Of a stretch of DNA of 64,000 nt, positions 1 to 15,359 are shown one piece after another. The notes under the pieces are model-generated. The model was not told the origin of the DNA. It ran no database searches and saw only the letters and a program-made list of their open reading frames with translations. Where the stretch lies: assembly GCA_965645245.1 (NCBI GenBank), contig OZ287067.1:3348001-3412000 (forward strand), in the 5' to 3' direction. The first letter of the stretch is position 1. Every line of letters starts with the position of its first letter. Source of the stretch: Massalongia carnosa (Eukaryota). The translations under genes were made by a program, and so were the position numbers.

Positions 1-1094
1 CTAGATGATCATGGTGACCTGAGGGTGCCAATAAGCCCATTTAAGTGAAGCAGCGGTCGCGTCATTCCTTTCATGCGTAAACCCTTATTTCAACCCTATA
101 ACATGTACCAGCTGCTAACGGGTACTCCAATACCGCGGGTGAATTCTCGGAGCGGAGGCCCGTAGCAGCCTGATGTGAAGTGTCTCTAGACCCAATTCAC
201 TTCAATTCAGCCCGAATCTTTGGACAGGTACTTTTTCATGCATAAGTGCAGGATCCGAGAACGCATCGGCCTTCAGAATCATCTTTTACCATTTTGAGTT
301 CTGGTTTCAACGAGTGCAATTGCTTGGTGGGAGGTCATAACTCAAAGAACAGGCTATAGCCCCCACCAGTCGAGAATGACAGAGGAACCTTACCCGGCCT
401 AACTGTCGACATATCAATGATGGGCAGCGAGGGCGTAATAAGCATCAATATGACACTGTAAATCATAAAGAGATGGCCACAAAAGGGTTTGAATCGCTGA
501 AGGTGAATAATGAGAATGCTAGACAGATATCAAGAGTGTGGCGAAACTATTATTACAGAACCCATTTTGGAAATAACCTATTTATGAAAATCCTCATACT
601 ATTAGACACTTGTGAGCCGGCTACCCCTGGCTCTCTGGATTGTGTAGTCCTAAGAGCCTTAATGCGATGGTTTTGGGCACGATTGAATGAGACGGTGTTG
701 GTTGCCGTAGATTATCTTAGAGAAACCACCGTCCAGAAACCTTGAAAGATGGCATTCTCTACTATAGCCAGCGAAATCAATACCTGTGTGACCTTAAGTT
801 TACTAGCCGATGACTTTCTCCGCAACAACTAACATGATCCAAGGTCTGGTTTAAATGTAAGTAGCCTCGGTTAGGACCGAAGCGTTCAGGAGCTTGCATG
901 AGACTTGAAAGCTGCTTCGATACTGGGTTTCCGAGGCGATTTTACTAACATAAGAAAGGTTGCTACTTGTTCTTGCGTTAGGGCTATCAACAAGCTTTAC
1001 TTGATTTATCTAAGCGTGTTAATTAGGCGCGATATCCGCAGACCTATTAAACTTGTAACAATCCTAAAGTTCCGATTCTATGATCCTCGGAATT

Positions 1095-2054
1095 ATGTCC
1101 CCTCCCTTAATTACAGTGATTGGATCCCTCAATAAGGACTTAGTCACTCGTACTTCTCGACTGCCTGCTGCAGGAGAAACCTTGATATCTACATCTTTTA
1201 CCACGGGCTCTGGAGGCAAAGGAGCTAACCAGGCTGTAGCATGTGCAAGATTGTCCCGCCGCCAAGATGGCACAGGTCACAGATACGCCTATGTGCAGCT
1301 AATGGGAGCAGTTGGTGATGACCATTTTGGCCGTGAACTTCTCGAAGCTCTCACTCGGAACGGCGTTGACACCACCGAAGTCCGGGTGCGAGAACACGAG
1401 CAAACGGGAGTAGCTGTTGTCATTGTGGATGAGACCACAGGTGAGAATCGCATTTTGGTCGCCTCGAATGCAAATGCTACCTTGTCGGCTGAAAACTTTA
1501 CATTTATGCCAACACCGCTACCGGATTTAATTGTGCTTCAGCTGGAGATACCAGTCGATACGGTGTTGGGGATTATACAGGTTGCGAATTGGAGAGGCGT
1601 GCAAGTCTTGCTGAATCCGGCTCCCGCTATGGATCTACCTACCGAGATTTATAAGGGTATCGCACATCTTATCCTGAATGAGACAGAAGCGAGTTCGCTC
1701 TCCAAAGCAAGTGGAGACCTTGAACTTGGTCTGATTGCGCAAAATTTTCTCGATCTTGGTGTCCACAATGTCGTCATCACCCTTGGTGCTCAAGGGGCTT
1801 TCTACTTTTCACAGGAGGCAGAGAAGGGTGAGATTGTCACTGCTGAGAAGGTGAACGTGGTAGACACTACAGCGGCAGGTGATACTTTCGTTGGTGCATA
1901 CGCTGTCAAAGTAGTTCGAGCTGAAGAGGAGGGTGTTTCTTTCAATCTTAAAGAGGCGGTGGAATGGGCAAACCTGGCAGCCTCAAAGACAGTGGAGAAG
2001 GAGGGAGCTCAGTGCTCAATTCCTTGGCTTGATGAGGTTGATCTCAATATATAA
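1095..2054 (+). CDS. RBK1: Ribokinase (PfkB family), intronless
   Basis: N-terminal VIGSLNKDLV and GGKGANQAVACARL motifs; C-terminal VDTTAAGDTFVG PfkB signature. Likely start MSPPLITVIG at 1095 (an in-frame ATG also exists at 1080). Confidence 0.93.
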   Translation: MSPPLITVIGSLNKDLVTRTSRLPAAGETLISTSFTTGSGGKGANQAVACARLSRRQDGTGHRYAYVQLMGAVGDDHFGRELLEALTRNGVDTTEVRVREHEQTGVAVVIVDETTGENRILVASNANATLSAENFTFMPTPLPDLIVLQLEIPVDTVLGIIQVANWRGVQVLLNPAPAMDLPTEIYKGIAHLILNETEASSLSKASGDLELGLIAQNFLDLGVHNVVITLGAQGAFYFSQEAEKGEIVTAEKVNVVDTTAAGDTFVGAYAVKVVRAEEEGVSFNLKEAVEWANLAASKTVEKEGAQCSIPWLDEVDLNI

Positions 2055-2938
2055 AAGAACGTGCGGTCTCCAAGACACGACTAATGGTAGTCATGCCCTC
2101 ACCTTACAAAGCGGTTAAAACCTCCTAAGCAACAACCAAAACTGCAGTAGGAGGATTAGTCAAGAAAGCTCTGCAAAATTGGGTGTCCTACTTAGCTTAG
2201 AATGAATTTGCGGGAAAATTTCTCAAACTCTTCGCCTAACCCGTCTTGACCAAGACTTAGGGTGCCGTTATTTAGGCCTATCACGCCTCTCAAAGCAGGC
2301 TGGGAACATCTCAAGCATCCCAGGCTACAATCGCCGAAACCATACTTGCTAGCATTGCTCAGACTATCCCTCTCGCTGGTGATCTTCCGCATACAGTTTG
2401 AGCGGGTGGTTGCCAAATCACTAGCGAGAGGGATACATAAGCTATATTTCTGCAAAAATTTGGCATCCCAAGTGGGACGATGGGTTGGGGATTCAGGCTT
2501 CTCATAATAGAATAATGAAAAACCCATACCTTGAAGAGTGAAATTGCTTGGAAAGGAAATAAGGAAATGAGGAAAAAAGAAGATTCAGCCCAGTCAATAT
2601 CGGTACGAGAGCAGCATTTGCTAAGCAATATATTATCGCTTACCATTGGAATAGAGAGCACCAGGAATGCAGTGGGGACCTATGAGGATTTCGAGATGGC
2701 ATTGCGGGGATGATATTCACGTTTTTCAACCCCTCATGAATTCAGAGAATTATTGGGCAATTGACGCATAGCCGTGATACACCCAATTATGGAAGAGAAG
2801 CGGGACCCATTTTTGCAGTTGGAGAGCATCGCTTTAAGGTTCTCGCAGATTCATAGGCTATCAATTGGATATATTTGAGAGAGAAATATACATTATGCTC
2901 AGCACAACACCATCGCGCTCCTTGTATCCTATCCACCT

Positions 2939-3631
2939 TCATAGATCCTCTGGCGGCCTTGTAATCTTGGTTAAATGATCCCCATTTAACGTCTTCATGA
3001 TTTTCCCCAACCCCTCATGGCTATAGTCCTTTTCATTCCACATGTCCTTGTGATATTTAACCTTGCCTTCGTTGTCTAACGTCAAGCTGATCAGGCTGTC
3101 GACCGGCTTTGAAAAGTGGACTACGCGAGGGGTATACTCTTGACGCAGCTTGAAGATTAACTCGGTAGGAGTATTGGAGATAACTTCCGTCGCGAGCGTG
3201 CGGGAGGAAGCCATAATTTTGGGGATTCCTAACGAGCTCAAAGAAAGATCGTCAGCCCCAGGTAATTTTCCATAAAATTCATACAAAACCCCATTTGTAT
3301 TCCAAACATTCCCCTACGACGATTCATAAGCGCAGCCAAACCTACCATACCACTGCCCCGCAATCTTATACCTCGTATCGCAATAGCTCCATGGATCATC
3401 ATACACCGCCTCAGCGGCATACACCTGCATGTCCTCTTCCGATGCGCTCCCACTATACAGGTTCGTGATGCTCCTCACGATCCGTTCGCGCTCGGGCGGG
3501 ATCTTGATTGACTTCTCCGGGTGGGGCTCATAGTCGACGCCGGTGGAGGAATTGTGCAGGGGGTTGGAGGTTAGTGATTGCGGGTCGGGACGTGGCTCGT
3601 AGTTTTCTTGGAGAGCTTCGGCGCGAGACAT
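2939..3631 (-). CDS. Conserved fungal SnoaL/NTF2-like protein, 2 exons
   Basis: ORFs 3314..3736 and 2939..3286 join through a GT-AG intron at 3345..3229 (QWYG|IPKIM). The YAAEAVYDDPW and KVKYHKDMW segments resemble an NTF2-like fold. Start may be at 3631 or 3736. Confidence 0.75.
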
Positions 3632-4206
3632 GACGCTCGGAGTGAAGTTTTCGGGAAGAAGTGATCGTGTGGTATATGGGGTGAAGGAGGAGACATGGTG
3701 AGGGGCGGTGGTTTGAGAAGAGGATGAGGTCATCATTCTTGAAGCCCTACCTATGAAACCCTAGACGTAGCTTAGTAGCGGCCGCTAACCTAACAAGCTA
3801 CTCGGCTTTGCGCTAGTTAACTATATAGCGTAATATTGAAACGCGGGCTTTTTGCTCGCCACTTTACTTCGCTCTTCTCTGCTGCGGACAGTAATCGCGG
3901 TATGTGCCTTTTTCTTTTCGCGATTATGCACTAGATGAATCGGATTGGTCCGCACAGAGTTCTCAGATCCTGTGACCCTTCCATGAGCCTGTAGGCTCGG
4001 ATACGGAGTGTCGTTGACATCCCTGCATGAATGTGCCGGTAGCAAGATATGGAGTTCATGGGGAAAGAAACAAAGAATGCAGTTGCTATCTTGGCCTAGC
4101 AAGCATAAGTAGAGTGCTGCTCCGCTATCTGGTATTTTCTTTTTACTCTCTTCAGCATCTTCCATTTTGCATAGGCTTCTGGCTTTTTCTATGCGCATTC
4201 TTCATC

Positions 4207-4914
4207 ATGGTTTATCTCCACCCTCAATTGGCTGCACTTTTCCTTTTAACAGTTGCGGTCGCGTTGCCCCAGCTATACAATCAAGATCCCAGCGATTGGA
4301 TCGAGCCCGACCAGCCGAATGGCGAGGATCAGTATGTCACAGACGTTGCATTCGCACCGCCCATTCAAATAGCCCCAACAGATGCTGTCAACCCGAATAT
4401 CATGGATGGTACAAACCATGCACTCGATTCAATCGTCCCTGATGATACGTTCAACTTGGATGGCCCAACATACTCGGCTAATCTGTTTGCGTCACTGCCT
4501 GCTGATCCCATCGCGTCTACTTCGGACCATTGTCTACCCTACAAACAAGAGCTGTGCTGCAAGGGTAAAGTTATAACACTTCCTGAGGACGACGTCGACG
4601 GCAAGATTCAGATTGGAGATTGCCATAAATGTAGCTACCCGTCTCCTCCTTAATGACTGTTCCAATGGTTTATGGATGGATGAGAAACACTTCCAGTTCA
4701 CCTTAAATAACCATTTTAATCCAATCTATAGATGTTGCCGCCAACCTACATGAATATTGCACAGACCAGAAACTTATTTACTGTTGCAGGGACATGAGAA
4801 TGGAGGCGGTAAATACTTTCACCCCTCTATTTTGGGAAAACCTTATTAACGGCAATCTACAATTAGGATGAGTTAATTGGTTTTCATTGCAAACTTCTCC
4901 ATAGCGAAGCCTGA
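4207..4914 (+). CDS. Secreted small cysteine-rich protein with hydrophobin-like 8-Cys pattern, 3 exons
   Basis: Signal peptide MVYLHPQLAALFLLTVAVA. Introns 4631..4731 and 4809..4866 give C-X7-CC-X20-C-X11-C-X7-CC-X14-C; stop TGA at 4912-4914. Confidence 0.75.
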
Positions 4915-6229
4915 GCGCATAGTCGAAGCTCCAAAGTATGACCCTATACGTCAGTTTCTCAAAGGGGCGCGACGCATGAGTTGCTGCATCTGGTAGAGGA
5001 ATGAATACAGAATTTATCCGTTATTTTGCAAGAACCCCACGGATGTGGAAGCTGATGATGGATTTCTCAGGTCGAGATAGGTAGGAAGGTGATTGGTGCT
5101 TTTAGGAGATCATTTCTACCATTCTTAGTCCCATCGTGTTATTTCCTGTCATCAAGACTTTGAATTTCTTCTCTTCTCCTCTTCAGGTCATATTTCTTGT
5201 CGTCCACTTGGGCGTCGAAAAGAATAGCGAAGGCAATAGTTAGCTCTTGTACTTTACAATCCCAGTTTTTATTCTCCTTACCCCTTTTGGCTACTCTTTT
5301 CCTCTAGTAACTATCTCTACCATTCCTATCATCAATTGGATTTCAATTCTTCATATCACACCTTTCCTCCTTGTATCCAACACCTCCCCAAGAAAGAAGA
5401 AATCTAACAAGTGAGCGAGCGACTATACTTCCCAACTCTCTAGCTAAGCTGTCCAGCGCATTTCCAGTCTTCCTTCCTTCCCTTTCGTTCTATAGCCTGT
5501 ACCTATAAAATCTTGCTTTAGGTATTCATCCTCCATCCCCTTTCTCCCGTTTCCTCTTTTTGCCTTTCCATTTCCGTTTTCCCTTCTTCCCCCTCCCATA
5601 TCTTTACCAACCCCCTCCACCCAGCCCTCCCCAGCGCTGGAATATAGATTGGCTGGGCAGGCAGGCAGACAGGCAGGTAAGTACGTACGTAGTTTCCTCA
5701 TCATTCCACCATTACCATCATTTTCATCAGAAGCAAGACCTGGCTTAAGCGACACATTCACACTCACACCTACACCCCTTTCCTACACAGGGATAACTCT
5801 ATTCAAAATCTAATATTGGTTTGGGGGGGGAAGACTGCATACTGCATACATAAACGGGAAAAGGAAAACCAGGAACGGATGGATGAATGAAAAGACTAGG
5901 CTATCTATTCCTAGTCCTAGTTCTAGCATAGTATGTAACCGTTTTTCAAGCCTAAAGAATCCCCTATATCCTGTCGTCATCTCTCCGCTCGCTCGCTCCC
6001 CTTTCCCTTTCCTCGATCCTCAACTACTACACCCACCACCCCAACCCCCTAGTTCCCCAGCCAAACCCCGCTCTGGAGCTAGATATATCCAGGTATACAT
6101 ACCAGATACCCAGCGTCCAGAATACGTAGCTGGATGGGTAAGGAAGGAAGGTCGGGGAATGCAAGAGGGAAGGGATGGGAGGAGCGAAGGAACGGAAGGG
6201 GGGGGAGATAATTAAAAAGAGGAGAGTGC

Positions 6230-6248
6230 GGGGGGGGGGGGGGGGGGG
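6230..6248 (+). repeat. Poly-G tract (19 nt) in a low-complexity intergenic region that also carries a (GCAG)n microsatellite near 5655
   Basis: Read directly from the sequence. Confidence 0.9.
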
Positions 6249-6437
6249 TTGTTGATTGGCGCCATTTTATGAAATGTTCTCTCGGATCAAATCAAGGATC
6301 GATGTTGGTTTTTTCCTGGGGAGGTTCAAGATTGGATGCTAATGGAGAAAAAAATCAAATCGACAAGGCTTACATCCCCGCCAAGTAGCCAAACCGTCCG
6401 TGTTTGTTTTTTAAAAAAAAAACAACCCTGTAACTAA

Positions 6438-8209
<1,772 letters not shown>

Positions 8210-10072
8210 TCAAGATCCTCAGCAAGACAAATAACTGATGATTATGTACACAGACGATGATGAAAGGAAAAAGGTCCTGAGCAATGATTATGCGATGGAC
8301 AGAGTTGAATGGAAACAAAGAGACGATGTATATACGTTATAAGGAAGAATACAAGACGGTTTAAAAAAAAGAAGCAATTGATGACGTGAAGTGATAATGA
8401 TGTGCTAAATGAACTCTTGAGAGTACGTGAGAATTATTGGAAGTTGCATCTCGAGCATCTCGCCTTCACGTGTGATATCTTCGTCGCTCATGCCAGATCA
8501 ATAACATGTTTCAAACCCTTTTCCCCCCACCAGAAATGCTGATTGTGTTATCAAGCGATACTAATATCTTCGATATATTCACCAATATCCATGATGATAT
8601 TTACTAATATGTCTTTCTTCCAATAGACGAAGAAACGCTGATTAGGTTACAACTCCTTCGATAGCCTTCTCTTTTTCCCCTTCTTACTATTTCTTTTCTT
8701 GGTCCTAGTTTTCATCTGCAACTTTTTCTAGATTACTTTTGTGATGATCAAGCACTGCCTGTTTTCAAGTGTCGTAGTTGGAAGATTGTAATTGAAGCAC
8801 GTGCTAAGTATTAATTTAGTGGGCCTCAGGGCAATAGCCGCTACCCGGCGCAAAAAATTTACTAGTAGTTAAGCGCCTGCACGCCTAGCCAGTTAGCCCT
8901 ATACAAACCGGATTTGGTGAAAAAAAAAAACAATCTCGACATCGCCCCAATCCTCCAGTCCCTACAAACTAAACTCCCAACAACAGAATCCTCATTGTAA
9001 ACCCCCTCAAATTTTTCTCCATTTACCCATATCCCCATCAACCCGCACAACAGCCCAAAATTCTGAAATAAAGGATCGAGGATCAAATGAATGAGCGAAG
9101 TAGAGAAAGGTACAAGCAGCTATCCCTGTAAACTACAATGAGCTAGATAGGTAGGTGAGTGTAGTATGATAGAGGTTGGGTTTAACATATAAAAGAGGAG
9201 AAAGAGGTCCAGAGTTCTAGATTTTGGATTCTGGATCCAGGGTTCGGGATTAGGGATTGTTTGCTGTTATTTGTTTCCTATTACAATGAGGTTAGCAGAG
9301 AGGGGGAACTGAGGCCGCGTTAGCCCAATATGGAATGATCAGAAAGGGAGCAAGTGATGCTTGGCTGACAAACGACCTCCAAACGGCATAGAATGCTCGC
9401 CAACGTCAGTTCGTATGTGCCTGCTTGTACAACAAACACCCCCCCCGAAACCAATCCAAAACCCACACTCGGAAAGGAATGGGGGGGAAGGGGAGCCTGT
9501 TCTCAAAGCTTAAGGGCTCGAATTATACTAAATTGGTCTCTATCAGCCGCTCCCATTTGCCGTTTGCCTCATCCCTCCCCAATCCGTACTAGACATCAAA
9601 ATCCGCAGTGCTTCCAATCCCCTTTCCATTTATCAGACCCCACAAAACGCGCATTTCCGGATGACGAAAAACACCCACAACCATATTCCAAGCCACCATC
9701 ATGCCACGGACTTTGTGCGCCCTTGGGAAGCCAACTTTGTTCCACGCTACCACCGAGATGGCACGAGGGAAACAAAAATAGAAAATGTAGAGGTTTGAAA
9801 GCAAAAGACCTTGTAAACATCAGAGGTATTGATGGAACAATGCTTGCAAATAAAAAGTCGAAGAATCAACCATAGCTAGGTATATCTTTTAAAAGGGAAG
9901 GCAGCCGACCACAGATATTGTCGGATGGGAATATGCTGTCAACCCCGCGTTGCTCGCCATAAGCCATGCACAAAGACCACGGAAACGGGGTTAACAGAAA
10001 CATTACAACATATGACTAGCAGCGTTCGGCTCTCAGTGGTCTGATCGTATCGATCCAAGAATCTTTGTTACA

Positions 10073-12629
10073 TCATTGAACCTGGCTGACAATCTCGCTT
10101 GCCTTCGACAGTGACTCAACCATCTGCAGACATTCCTTCCTCCTCCTGATCGTGTAGTCGCTCTCTTTGAGTAAGTCGTCTAGCTCACTAGCTCGATACA
10201 TATTCTCCAATAGCTCGCGTTGCATTTCATCTTTGGTGAATCTATTGGATGTGAGCAACCTCACAAAGCATTGGGGAGATAAGGACGAATGGCAAAAGAC
10301 TTACTGCACGAGAGTAAGCATGATGGCTTTGGGCACCATATCAATCATGGTCCGCCGAGTGATGTTGAAATATGATTGAATAAGAAGTTCTAATATTATC
10401 AGCACGCATCATCAATGAGGGATATACCTAGGACCTACTGATAACTTCTACCTCATTTGCTTCCTTTTCCGACAAGGTTCCGGAAGCTTTGAGTTGTGGG
10501 GGTGGCGAATCCATGGCAGCCATCTTCTTTTTGTTCTTAGGGGCAAAGAAGCTCCCGAAAAAGCCAGAATTACTGTCCGGCGGTGGTTCAAGTGACGGGC
10601 TAGCGGCTCGAGGTGGAGCTGATGGAGGAAGAGGTCTGCCTGTCTTCGGATCCACCTGGGTAGGCTTGCTTGCATTATGCCTATCGTTGACAATTGCCAT
10701 AGCCTAGGGAGAGAGATTAGATCTTATATGTGATGGTTTGTAGGGTATTCGACGGTTTGAAAGTCTGGGGTTGTTATGAAGAATCAACTCGGAGATTCTC
10801 AACGGAAAACATGACATCACTTACTCTATGCCCGTTGAGAAAGTCCGGATGTCCTGTATTGATGTAGCAGGACTCCATGGCAACCAGATCTTTGACCAAC
10901 TTATTGGTCGGATCGAGTACTTTCTTGAAGAAGTTAATTACTACAGCGTGACATTTTTCCTTCAAAGATGGATATCTCCGGAAAAGCGGTTTACTTAGCA
11001 GTTGCGTAAGGATACGAACAAGTTCGTCATATACTAAGGAGACGCACTTTAAACTTGGGTCCTCAAGCCGCTTAATCTGTTGCTTCACGATTAATTCGAA
11101 TGCTGTCGTACCAACAAATAGCGCAGGTGAAGAGCCAGAAGAGTTGTAGAGAATGGTCCGGATATCAATATCCTTGACTTGATCGAATGGATCTACCGCC
11201 TTGATACCATTAGAGTATAATTCGTGGAAAACGAAACTGATCCTGGCGCCGCCCGACAATTCCACGCTTGATAACTCTTGGTTATTGCCATCAAGCACAG
11301 TTCTATATTCGTTGCAAAACTCCGTGATGATTTGAAGAACAATATTTGCGCTATTGCCTAGCATAGAGTCACCCAGCTGGGTAAGCTCGGCGGTATATTT
11401 TTGGAGAGACGATGAAATTCGTGCTTTGATATCGGGTAATGTGTTTTTGATGTGCATCATGAGGATCTTATATTCCATCAGTTCCTTACTCCTTGTTTAA
11501 AGGAGGGGTCGCTTACAAGATTCAGCTTTCGGGCAAGATAAGGGGTCCCACAGTATGAGCTTTTATTTCGGTAGGCTTTGTGGTTGTCGAAGAAATTCTT
11601 TTCATTCTCCAAAGCGAATGATATGGCTTTCTTATTTTCGATATCTCGTTGCCCCCGATTTACCACAGGAACATATCCAAGCCGTAGCGGAATAATTCGC
11701 CCTGCCAAAATGTCCACTACGTCTGTTCCATCGTCCATAAGATCGACTTTTGTGAGCACGCCAATTGTTCGTTGGCCTTCTGGATCCACCTCTCTTGCCA
11801 GCTTCAGCCCGTCGGAGTTTGCTAAGTCCGTATTGGCTGCTGTGACGGCAAGGATTATGGCATTAGGTTTCTGAATCTGCTTCAGAACCATATCCTTAAT
11901 TTGCTTCTCAATATCCCTCGGCTGATCTCCAACTGGTACCTTGGTCAACCCAGGCAAATCTACTAGCGTAAGAGTAAGAACATTTGGGGAGTATATCCTA
12001 AGGTTTATCGGAGCTGGTGAAATCCCTGCGTTACGCCCTGTCTTTGACTCTGTTTCCTTGACAATCTCTTCTCGAATCTTATTGAAATCAAAGAACTTTT
12101 GGCCAGGAATATGTAGAAACTCTCCCCATTCGTCCGCGTTTGTCTCATTATCCTCAGACTTGATTTCGCTCTTGACACCATTTGTCTGGGGATGAACTGC
12201 AGGAGCTCTGTTGATCAGTTGCAAAATCAGTGGCCGTCGTGTAACAATGCCTGTTCCTCTCGGTAAACTGAATCCAGAGGTTAGCTCTTTCAACTTTTCA
12301 GTGCGCGCATGCCCATACAAGTCTCTCCCCACAATATTTTCTAATACCGAGCTTTTGCCACTAGATTGCGATCCTACGACAGCTATTTGAGGTAGATCTA
12401 TTGGATTCTGAACCTGAAAGGAAAGGGAAGTCAGTGCTGCCTGAGCTCCAGTTATAGACAAGGGGGAGTAATGAAATCGACATACTCCTACCGTTGTGAA
12501 TACATCTTGGAGCTTGTTGACCAGTGTGATGAGGCCAGGATCGTTGACATTAATCCTACATGATATATGAGCTCGAGGTCGCCAAATCAAGCCAACTGTT
12601 ACTTACGAGTGGCCAGCCTGCGAGGCCAT
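10073..12629 (-). CDS. VPS1: Dynamin-related GTPase Vps1, multi-exon
   Basis: [10 protein letters not shown]-loop, DLPG and TKVD motifs, middle domain and GED ([12 protein letters not shown]). The start MASQAGHS at 12629 splices to [17 protein letters not shown]. Confidence 0.95.
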
Positions 12630-13139
12630 GACGAGTGACGAGAGCTAGCAAAGTCAAATATTGAGCTGAAAAGTCACAAAGACTTGGTTCTTTTATGAGC
12701 GACTCTGGAGGCTTGCGTGTGCTCAATAGGCAGACAATTTTGTACTTTCTCCTAGCCACGACTTCTTAATACAATTACGCACGCGGCTGCCGAGCAACCC
12801 TGGTCCTTGGCCGTCTACGCTTGGCCTAAACAGGCTAACTAAGGGATGGCGGGGGTATTCGCCTGCATTCATTCAGGGGGCAAAAATAGGAGACAAAAGA
12901 TAGGAGATCAGCTTGTCCTTCAATTACATTACAGATTTTGCCATGTTGATAATGTGGTGGTAATTTTATTAAGGCGACTTATTTTTCTCGCTGAATGACC
13001 TTGCGTCTACTCTGTATAGATCTACTGGAATTATGACAAAAGCAGTGTAGTCTGGACTGTATAAGCATCTGTCTAATGCTATTACGGGAGAGCTTCGCTT
13101 CTCGATTATTTACAAGCTATACCTACAAACAAGCTGAGA

Positions 13140-15359
13140 TCACTCGTCTGTCACTGAGGCAAACTTCTCCGTCATTTTCTGGATTAACTCGTCGTACTAA
13201 AATCAATTAGCCCTGAACTTGAGTGCACCAGGCGAACCGACAAACCTTTCTGGAAACATGCTCCTCTCCCTCCGAAGGTAGCTCGAATTTCATACTTCTA
13301 AGCTCGCTTTGAATACCACTTGTAGATTCCCGGACCTTGGCCCAGCTGTGTCCCTGCGCAATGGCTTTTTGGCTTTCGTCGTGAAAACCCATGAATGCTT
13401 TCATCATATATTCAGTTTTCCACATCGGGCAAAACTGGTCATAGTCGCTGTATCCATTTTGTTGGAGGAAATCATCCTTCAAGAGAGCCGCAACGTCCAG
13501 GGTGATTTTGTCTGAGTCGCCAAGAGCAGACTTTCCGACCAGCTGGACGACCTGATCTAAATCTTCCGAGTTAGATAGGAGCTCTCGGATGCGGTCTCTC
13601 AGGCGAGGGAATTCTGGATGATCTTTCTCATAGTATTTGTCTAATATGGTGGTATACTTGCTGTACGACAGCGAAGTATTGATAGAAGGGAAATGCTTTC
13701 TCTGCGCCAGCTTCTTGTCTAGCCCCCAGAAGACTTGTACAATACCAAGAGTCGCGCTAGTGACGGGATCGGAGAAGTCACCTCCAGGAGGGCTGACGGC
13801 GCCGACAATGCTTACGCTTCCTTCGCGTTCAGGACTTCCAAGAGCTGTCACTTTGCCGGCTCGCTCGTAAAATGATGCCAACTTAGCGCCGAGATAAGCA
13901 GGGAACCCTTGATCAGCCGGCATCTCTCCCAACCGTCCAGAAATCTCCCGAAGGGCCTCTGCCCACCTCGATGTCGAGTCGGCCATCATGGCTACGTTCT
14001 TTCCTTGATCACGGAAGTATTCCGCAACAGTAATGCCCGTGTAGATGGAGGCCTCTCGAGCGGCGACAGGCATGTTGGAGGTGTTAGCGATTAGCGATGT
14101 GCGTTTCATGATTGGTTCTTTTCGACCTTGTATCTCAATCGACAGCTGCAAGGGGTTTAGTCCCATTTGCTCCCAGCTAGACTGAAAATCATACCTCAGG
14201 GAAATCCATCAGCACCTCGGCCATTTCATTTCCTCGCTCACCACATCCAACATAGATGATGATGTCGCTGTTAGAAAATTTGGACACTGATTGACTGATG
14301 ACTGTTTTCCCACACCCAAATGCACCAGGTATACAGACAGTGCCTCCTTGCACACTAGGGAACAGAGCGTCCAGAACCCTTTGGCCGACGATAAAGGGCG
14401 AATCCGAAGGAAGCTTTTCATTTACTGGCCTTGGCACCCGAACAGGCCAAGTATGCATCATAGTATAATCCGATTTCTTACCATCAAATTCCACTTCAAG
14501 AACATTTTCTTCCACGGTATAACTACCTTCTTCAGCGATATAAGTGATTGTGCCCCTTGCCCGGGGAGGAAGGAGGATTTTGTGGTCGTCCAGCAGACTA
14601 TTTTCGTACACGCTTCCAAAATAATCGCCACCAGTGATGTGATCTCCAACTTTCAAATCCCCAGGCTTGAAGTCCCACTTTATCTCTCGGTTTAATGAAG
14701 GGACGGAAATACCACGAGGAATGTAGATGCTGTTAGAGATTGAGGATATTGATTTCAAAGGTCGCTGTATTCCATCGTAGATAGTTTCCATCAAGCCTGG
14801 GCCCAATTCCACCGATAACGGCTTCCCTGTCCGCATGACAGGATCTCCCACAGTCACACCGGCTTCAAGACCAAATATTAGTCCCCACGTATAAGGAGTC
14901 ATGGTTGATGGCTTGCCTGTCTCTTCATATACCTGGATAGTAGCTTTGTCGGCGTCTATCCGAATAACTTCTCCGACGAGACTATCATGTCCCACACGGA
15001 CCTGCTTGAGTCTCAGCCGGAGGTGGAATTGCATCAGAACTTGAACAGCCATACCAGCTCGTACATAGCACATCCAAGCATGTTCTCTGCCACAATGACA
15101 GGTCTTTCCACATATTAGATGACACTTTATCAGTGTCATGGAATATCCACGTACCCAGAAACCGAGAAAATAGAGCCTAAAAGGTGGCAAATTAGCAAGC
15201 CAGAAATGCTCTACAGCACTGGTAGACCCCACCATATTGCTCCTCGCCAGATTCTTGGCGAGTCCTCTTAGAGTCTTTCTAGACAAGTAAACGGTACGTT
15301 AGTACTACTACACTACTTGAGTGTTGCTGTTGTTAACGAAAACTACGTACTTTAGGCAT
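13140..15359 (-). CDS. VMA1: V-type H+-ATPase catalytic subunit A, multi-exon, no intein
   Basis: PGAFGCGKT Walker [12 protein letters not shown] and [18 protein letters not shown] motifs. Micro-exon MPK at 15359; last exon [18 protein letters not shown]. Confidence 0.96.

Noticed and set aside
2192..2713. Overlapping short ORFs downstream of ribokinase
   Set aside because: No motif, codon bias or consistent splice structure recognised.
14200..14270. VMA1 intein (VDE/PI-SceI type)
   Set aside because: The insertion site [11 protein letters not shown] is contiguous; no intein or endonuclease sequence is present.
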